Assembly: GCA_049322675.1 (NCBI GenBank)
Contig: JBMORM010000009.1
Coordinates: 16,934-80,933, forward strand
DNA from: Patescibacteria group bacterium
Lineage (GTDB): Bacteria > Patescibacteriota > JAHJAL01
Length of the DNA: 64,000 nt
Reading direction: 5' to 3'
Shown here: in pieces, positions 9,158-20,888 of the stretch
Layout: each line of letters opens with the position of its first letter
How positions within the stretch are numbered: position 1 is the stretch's first letter
Position numbers and translations under genes: made by a program
Notes under the pieces: generated by a model
Seen by the model: only the letters and a program-made list of their open reading frames with translations
The model's database searches: none
What the model was told of the DNA's origin: nothing

Positions 9158-10434
9158 TAGCCGAGACGATTTTTGATTTCTTGTACCGAATAATCCCAAT
9201 CGATAACGTCTTGAACTCCGGTTTTCATATCGCGAATGATGATGGTATTGTCTATGGCTTCTTTTTGGCCAATAATAACTGCAAAACGTGCCTGCATTTT
9301 GTTGGCTGCTTTAAGTTGAGAGGTGATGCTTTTTTTGTTTAGACTAGAAGATACTTTTAATCCGGCTCCTCTCAATTCGTGTAATAATTTGAAACATTTT
9401 TTCTTGGCTTCATTGCCTAGTTGAATCAAGAATACTTCCGGGATAATTGATATTTTTGGTAAAGATATATTTTGGGAAATCATTTTTAAAACTACCCGTT
9501 CCATGCCGATCCCAACACCTATGGCTGGGGTAGCTTCTTCACCAAACATGCCAATCAGATCGTCATAACGGCCACCGGCGGCAATAGTGAGATTGTCATC
9601 GGTAGAAATAAATTCAAAGACAGTTTTGGTGTAATAATCCAATCCCCGTACCAATTTTGGATTTAGGATATATGGAATATCCAATTCATCAAGGTATTCA
9701 AGCAGCTCATAGAAATGTTTCTTGGCCTCATCGTCAATATTATCGATTAGTTGAGGGGCTTCTGCAGCTATTTTTTGACAATTTTTTTCTTTACAATCTA
9801 GGATGCGGAGAGGATTTTTCTTTAGACGTTGCAGACAATCTTCGCAGAGTTGATTTTTGTATGGCGTGAAATAGTCCACCAATAGACTTACTAGCTTTTT
9901 GCGACTGGTGGAATTGCCAATGGTGTTTATGTGTAAATTGACGTCTTTGAGTCCCAGTTTGGAGAATAATTGCCAAACTAGACTGATAATTTCTGCATCG
10001 GCTGAGGAACTTTGCATGCCTATTTGTTCCAGGTCAAGCTGATGGAACTCTCTTACTCGACCGGCTTGAGGTTTGTTGTAACGAAAAACAGCTCCGTGAG
10101 TGTAAAGTTTGATTGGTTTGGGTAAGTTTTTTAGGCCGTGTTGGACATAGGCACGAACAATTCCGGCGGTAAATTCTGGTCGTAATACCAATTTTTCACT
10201 GACTTCTTTCTTTTTTTCGAGATAATACATTTCTTTGGAAACAATATCAGATGTTTCCCCGGCGGTACGTACGTACAAATCTTCGGCTTCAACCATAGGC
10301 GTGTCAATGCGAGAGTAACCGGAAAAAAAAGCAATCTCTTCGAACGTTTTGATAAGATATTGCCAGTGTGGCTGATTGATTGGCAATATATCGTGCATTC
10401 CTTTGGGGGCTTGAACTTTGATTTTTTTAGACAT
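9157..10434 (-). CDS. hisS: Histidyl-tRNA synthetase
   Basis: Class II motifs, GMHDILP N-terminus, anticodon-binding C-terminus. Confidence 0.9.
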   Translation of the reverse strand: MSKKIKVQAPKGMHDILPINQPHWQYLIKTFEEIAFFSGYSRIDTPMVEAEDLYVRTAGETSDIVSKEMYYLEKKKEVSEKLVLRPEFTAGIVRAYVQHGLKNLPKPIKLYTHGAVFRYNKPQAGRVREFHQLDLEQIGMQSSSADAEIISLVWQLFSKLGLKDVNLHINTIGNSTSRKKLVSLLVDYFTPYKNQLCEDCLQRLKKNPLRILDCKEKNCQKIAAEAPQLIDNIDDEAKKHFYELLEYLDELDIPYILNPKLVRGLDYYTKTVFEFISTDDNLTIAAGGRYDDLIGMFGEEATPAIGVGIGMERVVLKMISQNISLPKISIIPEVFLIQLGNEAKKKCFKLLHELRGAGLKVSSSLNKKSITSQLKAANKMQARFAVIIGQKEAIDNTIIIRDMKTGVQDVIDWDYSVQEIKNRLG

Positions 10435-10452
10435 TGTTTTTTTAGTTAATGG

Positions 10453-12606
10453 TTATTTGCCTTTTTGTAAATCCAGTACTCCGGGAAGACGTTTTACCCT
10501 ATTCATTAATTTGGTTAGTTCTTCCCAGTTGTTGATCTGAATTGCGATTTTTAGTTTAACACAATTTTTACCTTTTTGCATGACATCTATCCCTGCCAAA
10601 TTTAACTTTTCTTGCATGATGATTTCGGTGATGTCGTGTAGCATGCCGACGCGATCTTCGCATTTTATAATAATACTTGTGTCATACAAATAATATTTTG
10701 TCTGATCCCAATTGGCAATAATTAATCTTTGAGGGTCTTTGTGAGTGATATTTTTACAGTTTAGACGATGGACGGTAATCCCCTGCCCTCTGGTAATATA
10801 GCCCAGAATTGGTTCCGGATATTTTGGTTGACAGCAATTGGTAGCCAGTTTGTAGCCCAGAAGTTGATTTTGTCCAAAGGTAACCCCATGTTTGATGGTA
10901 GATAGATTTTTTTTGGGAGTTTTTTTTGACGAGAATATTTCTGATTCTGGAAATAGTATTTTGATGATTTTTTGAAAGGAAAGATCTCCTTGAAATATTG
11001 CCAGGTATACTTCTTCAAGTTTGTGATAATTTAATATATCTAACATGTGCCTTATTTTGGCTTCGGGAATATTTTTTAGCGATGGTAGATTGAGATTTTT
11101 TAAATTTTCTTGGAGAATTTTTTCTCCTTCTTTGACATTTTCTTGATAATTGGCTTTTTTTAAAAATGATCGGATTTTGTTTCTAGCAAAGTTGGTTTTG
11201 ACTATTTCCAGCCACTGTCTTTTGGGACTACTTGATGTTTTTGAGGTAAGAATTTCTACGATATCGCCATTTTGCAATTCATAATCAAGATTTACAATTT
11301 TTTGGTTGACCTTGGCGCCTATCAAACGGTCGCCGATGTCTGAGTGAATACTATAAGCAAAATCAATCGGCGTTGATCCCGAAGGCAGATCTTTTACATC
11401 ACCTTTTGGAGTGTAAATAAAAATGCGATCTTGAAATACATCAATTTTTAGCTCTTGGGAAAGTTGATTGAGGTCCAGATCTTTGATGTGCGTTAGTTCT
11501 TTTACCCAATCAGGCTGTTGTTTGGAAAGTCTTTTTTCTTTGTACAACCAGTGGGCGGCAACACCATACTCGCTTTGTTCATGCATTTTGGTGGTTCTAA
11601 TCTGTATTTCCATTTTTTGTCCGTCTTTGGCAAAGACCGAGGTATGCAGTGATTGATAGCCATTTGATTTGGGAGCGGCAATATAATCTTTGAAACGGCC
11701 GGGAATCGGACGCCAGAGATTGTGAATTACACCGAGAATCGTATAGCACTCTTTGATGTTTGGCGCCACAATACGCACTGCATAAATATCATAAATGTCA
11801 TCTAAATTTTTTTGTTTAAAAACTGTTTTTAGATATATACTATACAGATTTTTGGTTCGTCCAGAGATTTGAAAATCGGTAATTCCAGCAAGGGAAAGCT
11901 TTTTTTTGATGACTTTAATTATTTCCGTTAAATATTTTTTTCCTTGTTTGGTTATTTTTTTTACGCTGTCATATAATTCAAGATATTCTTTGGGGTATAA
12001 ATATTTGAAACAAATATCTTCCAAATTGGATTTGATATGCCAGAGACCGAGACGGTTGGCTAGAGGAACATATATTTCCATTGTTTCCTGAGCTATTTTG
12101 GTTTGCTTGTCTTTGGGAACGTATTGCAAGGTACTAATGTTGTGTAGGCGATCAGCAAGTTTGATAATAACAACGCGAATATCTTTGGCCATTGCCAAGA
12201 ATAATTTTCTTAAAGATTCGATTTGTTTATATTGTTCCTCATTTTTTGCTGACAAGGTAATATTTTTCAGCCGGATGTGACTGACTTTTGTTACCCCATC
12301 AATCAGATCGGCAACTTCCGGGCCGAATTTTTCCATTACTTCATCTTTTTTGATGGTCGTATCTTCCAAAGTATCATGCAAAAGACCAGCAACAATTGAC
12401 TGGTAATCCATTTTCATCTCAGCCAAAATGATTGCAGTGCTAAGACAATGATTAAGATAAGCTTCGCCGGAAAATCGAGCCTGGCCTTGATGAGCGATGG
12501 CAGCAAAATCAATAGCGGAATTGATTTGATTTTGTTGATCTTGAGGAAAATATGTTATTTTTTCCAGAAGATTTTTTTTGAGTTCGTCGGTAGTATTTTG
12601 TTTCAT
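10453..12606 (-). CDS. rel: Bifunctional (p)ppGpp synthetase/hydrolase RelA/SpoT family
   Basis: HD domain HDTLEDT, RelA_SpoT synthetase, TGS and ACT regions; 717 aa. Confidence 0.9.
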   Translation of the reverse strand: MKQNTTDELKKNLLEKITYFPQDQQNQINSAIDFAAIAHQGQARFSGEAYLNHCLSTAIILAEMKMDYQSIVAGLLHDTLEDTTIKKDEVMEKFGPEVADLIDGVTKVSHIRLKNITLSAKNEEQYKQIESLRKLFLAMAKDIRVVIIKLADRLHNISTLQYVPKDKQTKIAQETMEIYVPLANRLGLWHIKSNLEDICFKYLYPKEYLELYDSVKKITKQGKKYLTEIIKVIKKKLSLAGITDFQISGRTKNLYSIYLKTVFKQKNLDDIYDIYAVRIVAPNIKECYTILGVIHNLWRPIPGRFKDYIAAPKSNGYQSLHTSVFAKDGQKMEIQIRTTKMHEQSEYGVAAHWLYKEKRLSKQQPDWVKELTHIKDLDLNQLSQELKIDVFQDRIFIYTPKGDVKDLPSGSTPIDFAYSIHSDIGDRLIGAKVNQKIVNLDYELQNGDIVEILTSKTSSSPKRQWLEIVKTNFARNKIRSFLKKANYQENVKEGEKILQENLKNLNLPSLKNIPEAKIRHMLDILNYHKLEEVYLAIFQGDLSFQKIIKILFPESEIFSSKKTPKKNLSTIKHGVTFGQNQLLGYKLATNCCQPKYPEPILGYITRGQGITVHRLNCKNITHKDPQRLIIANWDQTKYYLYDTSIIIKCEDRVGMLHDITEIIMQEKLNLAGIDVMQKGKNCVKLKIAIQINNWEELTKLMNRVKRLPGVLDLQKGK

Positions 12607-12640
12607 AAATATATTAATCTTGGACTTATTGTATCATATA

Positions 12641-12680
12641 AAAAAACAAGGTAGTTTTGTTGAACGACCTTGTTTTTTTA
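12641..12680 (-). terminator. Intrinsic terminator hairpin (aacaaggt...accttgtt) flanked by A/T runs, downstream of clpC
   Basis: 8-bp perfect stem plus a T-run on the minus strand (also an A-run upstream, so possibly bidirectional). Confidence 0.5.
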
Positions 12681-12693
12681 AGGTAAATAGATT

Positions 12694-15222
12694 TTATTTT
12701 TTTGAGTGTTTGGAAAGACGAAGAGTATTTTTAAATTTATTGACGTTGATAATGTCTCCTTCTTTAAATTTTTCTTCCAAAAGCCCTTCCGCCAGAGGGT
12801 CTTCGATCAATTGTTGAATAACGCGACGAATAGAGCGCGCTCCGTTCTCCGGTTCAAACCCGATATCAGCAATCAATTTTTTGGCGGCTGGCAAAACATT
12901 GAGTTTAAGATTTTTGTCGGCAAGTCGATTGTTTAGTTCAGTCAATTGGATATTGATAATTTTTCCGATATCGGCCATATCCAACGGTTTAAATACGACG
13001 ATTTTGTCTAATCGATTGAGAAATTCGGGCTTGAAGTTTTTTTTCAATTCTTCCAACACGTGACTTTTGATTTCTTCGTAGTCAATTTTTTTGGTTTCAG
13101 AGGAGAGACTAAAACCGATTTTGGCCTGCTGATTGAATTCTTTTAGACCGAGATTGGAGGTTAAAATAATAATCGTATTTTTGAAGTTAACTTTTTTTCC
13201 TTTGGCATCGGTTAGTTCTCCGTCTTCCAGAATCTGCAGAAGAAGATTAAATACGTCAGGATGAGCTTTTTCGATCTCGTCAAATAGTATTATTGCGTAG
13301 GGACGACGACGAACGGCTTCTGTCAACTTCCCTCCTTCTTCGTATCCAATGTAGCCAGCGGGAGCGCCGACCAGACGGGAAGTTTGATGTCTTTCCATAA
13401 ATTCGCTCATATCTAGTTTGATTAGAGCATCTTCCGATTCGAATATCTCTCTGGCCAATACTTTGGCTAATTCGGTTTTGCCGACCCCAGTCGGACCCAA
13501 AAACATAAATGAGCCTATCGGACGCTTAGGATTGGAAATACCGGTGCGAGAACGTTTTATGGTTTTAGCAATGGCTTCAATAGCTTGATCTTGTCCAACG
13601 ATATGTTTTCTAATAATCTCGTCAATGTGAGAATATTTTTCTTTTTGAGAGGAAATTATTTTATCAACCGGTATCTTTAACCACTTTGAAATAATTTGGG
13701 CAATATCTTCTTTGGTTAGAGATATTTTTTTATTTTTTAATTTTTGTTGATTTTCTTTGATGGTTTGGCTGATTTTTTTCTGAAGTTTCAATTCTTCATC
13801 CCGAAATTTGGCGGCTGTTTCGTAGTCTTGATTGGCGACGGCTTGTTCTTTGGATTGATTCAATGCTTCCAACTTTTTGTTTAAATCCTTGAGTCCGGAT
13901 TTGTCAGAAAAATTGTGTTTTAAAGATAGAGCCGAGGCCGCTTCATCCAAAAGGTCAATTGCCGAGTCTGGGTGACGACGGTCAGTTAGATATCTTTTTG
14001 ATAGCTTAACGGCGGTTTCGATTGCTTCATCAGAAATAATGATATGATGATGCTCTTCTAGTTTGCTTTTTAAACCGTGAAGGATTTTTATGGCGTCATC
14101 AGTGGTCGGCTCTTCCACTACGATTGGTTGCAAGCGGCGTTCTAGAGCTGAATCTTTTTCGATAAACTTCCGATACTCTTCGGTAGTAGTAGCGCCAATG
14201 ATTTGCAGATCGCCGCGCGCCAAGGCTGGTTTGAGAATATTGGCCGCATCCAAGGCACCTTCGGCACTTCCAGCGCCAACCAACATATGTAGTTCATCAA
14301 TAAATAGAATAATATTTGATCTTTTAATTACTTCGCTGACTACTTTTTTTAAACGTTCTTCAAACTCACCACGATATTTGGTACCAGCAATAAGCAATGG
14401 CAAATCAAGAGTGAGAATTTTTTTGTTGAGTAACACATCTGGCACTTCTTCTTTGATAATTTTGATGGCCAAACCTTCAATGATGGCAGTTTTACCAACA
14501 CCCGCTTCTCCAATCAAGACCGGGTTATTTTTGGTACGGCGGTTGATAATTTGAATTATTCGCTCAATTTCCGAATTGCGCCCGATCACCGGATCCAATT
14601 TGTTTTTGGCCGCTCGGTCGGTAATATCAACGGTGAACTGCTCGATAAAATCTTTTTTGGTTTGTGTTCCGGGAGGATAGGGAGCGCTTTGGTTATTCCA
14701 ATCTTCTGAGCCTGATAAAGAAGCCAAATCTTCAATTTCTTCAATTTGTTCCTGGTCAGGGCTCTTTTGTGACTGTTCAAATAGAAATTGAATTTGACGT
14801 TTTAATTTTTTTATATTGACGCCTAGATTTTTGAGTACAAGACAGGCTTGAGAATTTTCGTGTCCGAGCATGGAGTACAATAGGTGTTCGGTCCCAACGT
14901 AATTATGGTTAAATCTTTTGGCAGTAAAAAAAGCTTCTTCGATGATTGTTTTGGCTTGTTTGGTCAGAGTGCTCGTACCTTGATCAACTTTAGGAGTACC
15001 CATTTCTTCTTGAATTAGATCTAAAACCAATTGTACTTTTTCGGCAGTGATATTGAGGTTGCTTAAAATATCATTGGCTAAGCTTTTTTTTACTAAGAGT
15101 ATTCCCATCAAGATTTGTTCACTGCCGATATTGGTCAAACTATCTTGGGAAATATCTTGAGCGTTATTTAAAGCTAACTTGGCATTGGGAGTAAAACGAT
15201 CAAAAAAGTCATTATTTTTCAT
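12694..15222 (-). CDS. clpC: ClpC-type AAA+ chaperone/unfoldase
   Basis: Clp_N repeats, two AAA modules, short M-domain with UVR-like motif [15 protein letters not shown] loop. Confidence 0.85.
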   Translation of the reverse strand: MKNNDFFDRFTPNAKLALNNAQDISQDSLTNIGSEQILMGILLVKKSLANDILSNLNITAEKVQLVLDLIQEEMGTPKVDQGTSTLTKQAKTIIEEAFFTAKRFNHNYVGTEHLLYSMLGHENSQACLVLKNLGVNIKKLKRQIQFLFEQSQKSPDQEQIEEIEDLASLSGSEDWNNQSAPYPPGTQTKKDFIEQFTVDITDRAAKNKLDPVIGRNSEIERIIQIINRRTKNNPVLIGEAGVGKTAIIEGLAIKIIKEEVPDVLLNKKILTLDLPLLIAGTKYRGEFEERLKKVVSEVIKRSNIILFIDELHMLVGAGSAEGALDAANILKPALARGDLQIIGATTTEEYRKFIEKDSALERRLQPIVVEEPTTDDAIKILHGLKSKLEEHHHIIISDEAIETAVKLSKRYLTDRRHPDSAIDLLDEAASALSLKHNFSDKSGLKDLNKKLEALNQSKEQAVANQDYETAAKFRDEELKLQKKISQTIKENQQKLKNKKISLTKEDIAQIISKWLKIPVDKIISSQKEKYSHIDEIIRKHIVGQDQAIEAIAKTIKRSRTGISNPKRPIGSFMFLGPTGVGKTELAKVLAREIFESEDALIKLDMSEFMERHQTSRLVGAPAGYIGYEEGGKLTEAVRRRPYAIILFDEIEKAHPDVFNLLLQILEDGELTDAKGKKVNFKNTIIILTSNLGLKEFNQQAKIGFSLSSETKKIDYEEIKSHVLEELKKNFKPEFLNRLDKIVVFKPLDMADIGKIINIQLTELNNRLADKNLKLNVLPAAKKLIADIGFEPENGARSIRRVIQQLIEDPLAEGLLEEKFKEGDIINVNKFKNTLRLSKHSKK

Positions 15223-15232
15223 AAAAAAAGAA

Positions 15233-16588
15233 TTATTTAGATATCTTTCTTAAGCTTGCGATAATTTTTTTTGCCGTTGCCTGACCGATACCTGGAATTT
15301 CAGTCAGTTCTTCCTCATTTTTTCCTACCAATTGAGAAACCAGATTATAACCGTTGTTTTCTAACTTTTCTTGAATTTTAGGAGTCAGTTTCAGTTCAGA
15401 TATTTTATCTTCTTGTTCGGGTTTGGAAATATTTTCAACGACTTCTTCTTGTTTTTCAGGTTTTTCCGTTTCTATAATTGTGTCTTTTTTTTCAGTATCG
15501 GAATTTTCTTGTAATTTAGCTAATACTTCTTTGGATGCTTCGACGATGTCTAGTTTCCATCCGGTTAATTTGGAAGCGAGTTTGACGTTTTGTCCGTTGC
15601 GTCCGATGGCTAGAGATTGCTGATCGGCTTCGACGTAAATAGTTGCAGTCATCCGTGGTTGATCCAAGGATACTTTAGCTATTTTGGCAGGAGATAAAGC
15701 ATTTTTGATATAGACAACTGGATTTTCGTCCCAAAGGACAATGTCGATTTTTTCATTACCGACTTCGTTGATGATAGCTTGAACTCTCGTGCCTTTTTGT
15801 CCCACGCATGAGCCGATTGGATCAACTCCTTCCTGCTTAGCACAAACAGATACTTTGGTACGAACTCCAGGTTCCCGAGCAATGGATTGAATAGCGACTG
15901 ACCCTAGATCAATCTCCGGAATTTCCAAGGTAAATAATTGTCCGATAAATTCGGGGTTGGTTCGAGATAGGACAATCTGGGCACCTTTGGGTGTATTTTC
16001 GACTTTTTCCAAATAAAATTTGTGTCTTTGACCAATTGAATAATGTTCGCCTGGTACTCGTCCGCTAGGCAAAATCACACCAATTGCTTGGCCGATATCG
16101 ACAAAAATATTTTGCCCCTCGATTCTTTGGATAGCGCCGGAAATAATTGCTTTTTCTTTATTTTTGAATTCATTGAAAATATTTTCCCTTTCCGCTTCTC
16201 TTAATCTTTGGATAATAACTTGTTTAGCGGTCTGGGCAGCAATGCGACCAAAATTTTCTGGGGCAGGGGCTGAAATAATCACATTTTCTTCCAATTGCAA
16301 ATTTGGATCGATAGTACGAGCATCGGACAAATGCATCTGAGTAAGTTCGTCTTTCAACTCTTCTTCATCTGGAATAATTTCTTTGACAATAAAAAAACTA
16401 ACGTCATTGAGTCCACCGGGACCCATTTTGGCTTTTATCTCCATCTGGGGACGACCATAATCTTTGCGATATGCTACTGCCAAGGCGGCTTCGATTGTTT
16501 CAATCACCTTTTCCCTAGGCAGTTTTTTTTCTTCACTAATCATATCAATTGCGGCAAAAAATTCTTCTTCGTTAAATTGTTGATCCAT
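15233..16588 (-). CDS. nusA: Transcription termination/antitermination factor NusA
   Basis: NusA N-terminal domain, S1, two KH, C-terminal HhH extension. Confidence 0.9.
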   Translation of the reverse strand: MDQQFNEEEFFAAIDMISEEKKLPREKVIETIEAALAVAYRKDYGRPQMEIKAKMGPGGLNDVSFFIVKEIIPDEEELKDELTQMHLSDARTIDPNLQLEENVIISAPAPENFGRIAAQTAKQVIIQRLREAERENIFNEFKNKEKAIISGAIQRIEGQNIFVDIGQAIGVILPSGRVPGEHYSIGQRHKFYLEKVENTPKGAQIVLSRTNPEFIGQLFTLEIPEIDLGSVAIQSIAREPGVRTKVSVCAKQEGVDPIGSCVGQKGTRVQAIINEVGNEKIDIVLWDENPVVYIKNALSPAKIAKVSLDQPRMTATIYVEADQQSLAIGRNGQNVKLASKLTGWKLDIVEASKEVLAKLQENSDTEKKDTIIETEKPEKQEEVVENISKPEQEDKISELKLTPKIQEKLENNGYNLVSQLVGKNEEELTEIPGIGQATAKKIIASLRKISK

Positions 16589-16706
16589 GTTTAGAATATT
16601 AAATTTTAAAAAAATGGAAGCTTAGGATAGCTACCATTTATCTTGTTTATAATTTACCACAAAAATATCTGACACGCAATCTGCAGATCTTGACTATATC
16701 AATTAA

Positions 16707-17612
16707 TTATTTTGTATTAATTTTGGCAATCATTACAGTCAAGGGAAAGATCACGATAGCATTGATTATTCTTGAGATTCGATTTGGCTGCGTGACGAGA
16801 CGATAAAACCATTCAAGTCTATTTCTTCGCAGCCACAGGGGGGCTCGTGTGGCAGGCGGTCCGCCGTAAAAACTAACAGACCTAGCAATAAAGTCAAAGG
16901 CTCCACCAATCCCAGCAACTATTTTGACTGAGGGTATTTTTCTTAGATTGCGATCAATCCAGTATTCCTGCTTTGGAGCTCCGTAGGCCACCAATAAACA
17001 ATCTGGTTTTGTTTTATTTATCTGCTCGATAATTTGACATTCATGTTTGAAATCTGGATCCAGATTGGAGTAGCCGGCTATTGATAGATTGGGGTATTGA
17101 GCGACCAATTTTTGGCTGGTTATTTTGGCTACATTTGAAATTCCACCGAGTAAAAATATTTTTTTGCCTTGTTCGGCACATATTCGGCAGATTTCCGGGA
17201 CTAGATCGGTACCGGTAATATTTTCGGGAATTATTTGAGTGGCGTATTTTTTACTGAAAAAAAACAAAATGAGTGAAATAATCAATTGAATGAATGCCTG
17301 GATTTGTTTTAAAACCGGTAATTGGGTGAGAGGGATCTGATTGTAATTGGCCGCCCATTGGAGACCGGTACCATCAGCAACGTTGATTGCGGCTCGGTTT
17401 AAGATGGAGAGAAGATCGCGGTGACGATGCGCAAATAGCACAATTTCTGGATTGGGAGTGACAATATGTATTTGTTTATCACCTTCAAGATACTTTGAAA
17501 TTTTGTCCAGCACTTCGTCTAAGGTTTGAATATCGAGTGAACAGCCTAGGATGTTAACTTTTTTATTCATGGGGTTAATCGCTTTTGGGGTGGAGAAATT
17601 TGCTTTTATCAA
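16707..17612 (-). CDS. WecB/TagA/CpsF-family glycosyltransferase
   Basis: VNILGC..D...IVTPNPEIV...VADGTGL motifs. Confidence 0.75.
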   Translation of the reverse strand: MIKANFSTPKAINPMNKKVNILGCSLDIQTLDEVLDKISKYLEGDKQIHIVTPNPEIVLFAHRHRDLLSILNRAAINVADGTGLQWAANYNQIPLTQLPVLKQIQAFIQLIISLILFFFSKKYATQIIPENITGTDLVPEICRICAEQGKKIFLLGGISNVAKITSQKLVAQYPNLSIAGYSNLDPDFKHECQIIEQINKTKPDCLLVAYGAPKQEYWIDRNLRKIPSVKIVAGIGGAFDFIARSVSFYGGPPATRAPLWLRRNRLEWFYRLVTQPNRISRIINAIVIFPLTVMIAKINTK

Positions 17613-18717
17613 GATATATTTCTTCGACTAAATTGAAAAATTCTCGACGAAATAGCTGATGATCAAATTTTTTAGCGTGATTGATACATCCCTTGGCCGA
17701 GAAGCGCGACTGATTTTTTTCAAAATTTTTGATACAGACGACAACATCTTCTACGGTTTGTCGTTCGAAAAACAAGCCAGTAAAATTTTCTCGGACACTT
17801 TCAAGCAATCCACCTGTTTTATAGGCTAGGACTGGCGTTCCCGCAGCCATTGCTTCCACTGGTACAATTCCGAAATCTTCTTCTCCGGGGAATATAAATG
17901 CTTTGGCGGATTGCATTAGTTCAATTTTTTTGGTATCTGAGACTTGTCCTAAAAATTCTATGGTGGGACCGGCAAGTGATTCCAAATGTTTTTTTGCATC
18001 ACCATCGCCAGCGACTATTAATCTTTTTTTTAGTCGATTGCAAGCCAAAATTGCTAGATCGAATCGTTTGAAATGCTGCAATCTGGACAAAACAAGATAA
18101 TAATCACTTTTTTTTAAATTTTCTGGCGGGTGAAAACTTGATGTGTCAATTGAAGGATAGATTACTTTATAGGGAGTGCGACGGTAGTATTTTTCTATTC
18201 TTTGTCCAACATATTTTGAATTGGCAAGCATTACATCTACCCTGTCCGCGGCCAGTTTATCCCATATTCTCAGTTGGTTGAAACGCCAGTTGATAATCGG
18301 CGCAAAGAGATTAAGTTTTTTTTGATTAATCCACTCGTGACTCTGATCCCAGACATATCTGGTTGGCGAATGAATGTAGGAAACATGAATCGTACTAGGT
18401 TTGGTGATAGCGCCTTTGATAAAAGAATTACTGTCGGAAATTAGGATGTCATAATCGGAAAAGTCAAACAGTTCGGTCGCTATGGGAAAATATAATAAAA
18501 ACAATTGGTGATGATTTGTTAACCAGGACGGGAAATATTTGAGGGGACTGGTGATTATTTTAGCATTTGGCAAATATTGGTTGACAAAATTTGGATTGGA
18601 TGTGAGCGTATATATCGGAGCATCAGGGAAGGTATGGTGCAATTGGATCAAAACTTGTTCGGCTCCCCCGATGGTGTTTAAAAATTCATGTGCCAACGCG
18701 ATTTTCGGTTTTTTCAT
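17575..18717 (-). CDS. GT4-family glycosyltransferase
   Basis: FPGEEDFGIVPVEAMAAGTPV (EX7E). Confidence 0.75.
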   Translation of the reverse strand: MKKPKIALAHEFLNTIGGAEQVLIQLHHTFPDAPIYTLTSNPNFVNQYLPNAKIITSPLKYFPSWLTNHHQLFLLYFPIATELFDFSDYDILISDSNSFIKGAITKPSTIHVSYIHSPTRYVWDQSHEWINQKKLNLFAPIINWRFNQLRIWDKLAADRVDVMLANSKYVGQRIEKYYRRTPYKVIYPSIDTSSFHPPENLKKSDYYLVLSRLQHFKRFDLAILACNRLKKRLIVAGDGDAKKHLESLAGPTIEFLGQVSDTKKIELMQSAKAFIFPGEEDFGIVPVEAMAAGTPVLAYKTGGLLESVRENFTGLFFERQTVEDVVVCIKNFEKNQSRFSAKGCINHAKKFDHQLFRREFFNLVEEIYLDKSKFLHPKSD

Positions 18718-19850
18718 ATTTTTTTGCTTAATTTTACAAGTTCAAAAAATATTGAATTGGTAAATTCAATCCAGGAGTATTTTTTTATATTTGCCGTCCC
18801 TTTTTCTATCAAATTTTGTCTAAGAGCGGGGTTATCCAATATTTTTTTTATCGCTTGTGCAATTTCTTCTATTTCATTGGGATTGACTAAAAGTGCTCCA
18901 TTGCCGGCAATTTCCGGCATAGCGGTAATATTGGAAGTGATTACTGGAGTTCGGCAGGCTTGAGCTTCCAAAATTGGAAGACCGAAACCCTCATAGAGAG
19001 ACGGGAACAATAAAATTTCTGCTTCGGAAAAAATGACAGGTAAATCTTTTTGGGGAATATGCTCGGTAAATACTACGTCTTGCTCAATTTTGAGTGATTT
19101 AATTATTTCAATAAATAAAGGCTGATGATGAGTTTTACTGCCAGACAAGACGAGAATGTGCGGATAACCTGTTTTTTTCTTAAAGAATGCAAAAGACTTA
19201 ATCAGGTTGGAAATATTTTTTCTCAACTCCAACCGTCCCAAAAACAAAAGATATGGTTTTTTGGAAATGCGCGAGTCGTATTTTTTTAGAGTTTTATTGA
19301 TTCGACTTTGTGAGATATTGGGGTGAAAAATAGTGGTGTCAACGCCCAGATTCGTACAAACTATTTTGTTTGGATCAGCAAAATAATGTTTAATAATTGT
19401 TTTTTTAGAATAATCCGATGGAGTAAAAATTAATGAAGCGCTTTTTATGTCGGAGGCAGTGGTTTTTTCAAGATGAAGAAATTGTTGTTTGAGATAATTG
19501 TTGGGATAATCAAGAAAACCAATATCGTGAATCATAATGACTGATTTTTTTGGTTTAATCGGCGGCAAACTATGCGAAGGAACAAAAAGGATATCCGGTT
19601 GATGCCAATACATTTCCCAAGAGAGGGCAACTGTATTCCAAAGGAAAGGGAATTTGATGATTTTATTGGTAACGTTATCTGGTAATTTGGTTATAATATC
19701 TCTTGGTAATTTTTGATGAGAATACAGGATTATTTTGTCAAATTGATGTGCCAATTTGGGAGTAATATTTTTTATGAAATAATATGACACATTTTCTGTG
19801 CCAGTTTTTTCTTTAAAGGCTAGTTTGTGAGCATCGATACCTAAAATCAT
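18714..19850 (-). CDS. GT4-family glycosyltransferase
   Basis: FPSLYEGFGLPILEAQACRTPVI. Confidence 0.7.
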   Translation of the reverse strand: MILGIDAHKLAFKEKTGTENVSYYFIKNITPKLAHQFDKIILYSHQKLPRDIITKLPDNVTNKIIKFPFLWNTVALSWEMYWHQPDILFVPSHSLPPIKPKKSVIMIHDIGFLDYPNNYLKQQFLHLEKTTASDIKSASLIFTPSDYSKKTIIKHYFADPNKIVCTNLGVDTTIFHPNISQSRINKTLKKYDSRISKKPYLLFLGRLELRKNISNLIKSFAFFKKKTGYPHILVLSGSKTHHQPLFIEIIKSLKIEQDVVFTEHIPQKDLPVIFSEAEILLFPSLYEGFGLPILEAQACRTPVITSNITAMPEIAGNGALLVNPNEIEEIAQAIKKILDNPALRQNLIEKGTANIKKYSWIEFTNSIFFELVKLSKKI

Positions 19851-19868
19851 TTTTAAACGAAAAATTAA

Positions 19869-20879
19869 TTATGCTTTAATAGCGCTGCGTTTGTAAGATT
19901 CAAGATTTTCCAAGGCAATATTGCACCCACGAATAACACAAAATTCAGGTTCGTCGGCAATATGAACAGGAACACCAGTAACGCGGCTTAGCAGTTGGTC
20001 AAGACCTCGGAGCATACTACCTTTGCCGGTTAATATGATTCCACGATCGATTACATCGGAAGCCAATTCCGGCGGAGTGTGTTGCAATACCAGTTTTACT
20101 GCTTGGATAATTTCTTTGATAGGGTGTTTTAAGGCTTCGATTGTGTCATCACTCTTGACAGTGATTATTTCCGGTAATTCGGAGATAGTATTATTACCAC
20201 TGATTTCTAAAGAGGTAAATTCAGTTTGAGGAACTATGGTACCAATGGTAACCTTGATTTTTTCAGCAGTTTTTTCCCCGATTGCAAGGTTATATTTTTT
20301 ACGAATGTAATCAATAATTGCGTTGTCCATGGCATCACCGCCAATACGAATCGAATTGGAGGAAACAATATTGCCGAGAGAAATTACCGCGATTTCACTG
20401 GTGCCGCCGCCAATATCAATCACCATATTCCCGTGAGGTTCGGCAATAGCTATGCCTGCACCCAAAGCGGCTGCCAGAGGAGCTTTAATGATATATACAT
20501 TGCTTGTCCCTACCGATTTGGTCGCATCAATAATCGCTCGGCGTTCAGTACTGGTTATGCCGGCAGGGACAGAAACCATAATTTCCGGTCCGATTAATCT
20601 GATATTTGGCAATATTTTATCAGTATAATATTTGATAATAGCTTCCGTGATACGATAATTGGCGATAACGCCGTTTTTTAATGGTTTGGCAGCAACAATA
20701 TCATAAGGAGTTTTGCCAAGCATGTTTTTGGCTTCTTCACCAATAGCTAGGATTTGATTGGTATTTTTGTTTACTGCTACTACCGCCGGCTCATTGATAA
20801 CCAATCCTTTTTTGGGGACGCAGAGCCTGATATTGGTGGTACCGATATCAATGGCAATTTGTTGTTGAAGTGAAAACAT
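19869..20879 (-). CDS. mreB: Rod-shape determining actin-like protein MreB
   Basis: IDIGTTNIR.. and DIGGGTSEIAVIS motifs. Confidence 0.85.
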   Translation of the reverse strand: MFSLQQQIAIDIGTTNIRLCVPKKGLVINEPAVVAVNKNTNQILAIGEEAKNMLGKTPYDIVAAKPLKNGVIANYRITEAIIKYYTDKILPNIRLIGPEIMVSVPAGITSTERRAIIDATKSVGTSNVYIIKAPLAAALGAGIAIAEPHGNMVIDIGGGTSEIAVISLGNIVSSNSIRIGGDAMDNAIIDYIRKKYNLAIGEKTAEKIKVTIGTIVPQTEFTSLEISGNNTISELPEIITVKSDDTIEALKHPIKEIIQAVKLVLQHTPPELASDVIDRGIILTGKGSMLRGLDQLLSRVTGVPVHIADEPEFCVIRGCNIALENLESYKRSAIKA

Positions 20880-20888
20880 TTTTCTTGG

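Noticed and set aside
12706-14554. Plus-strand ORFs antisense to clpC (and similar antisense ORFs inside relA, nusA, proS, the P-type ATPase, and 62933-63567 inside prfA)
   Set aside because: Antisense to well-supported conserved genes. AT-rich antisense frames often stay open by chance.
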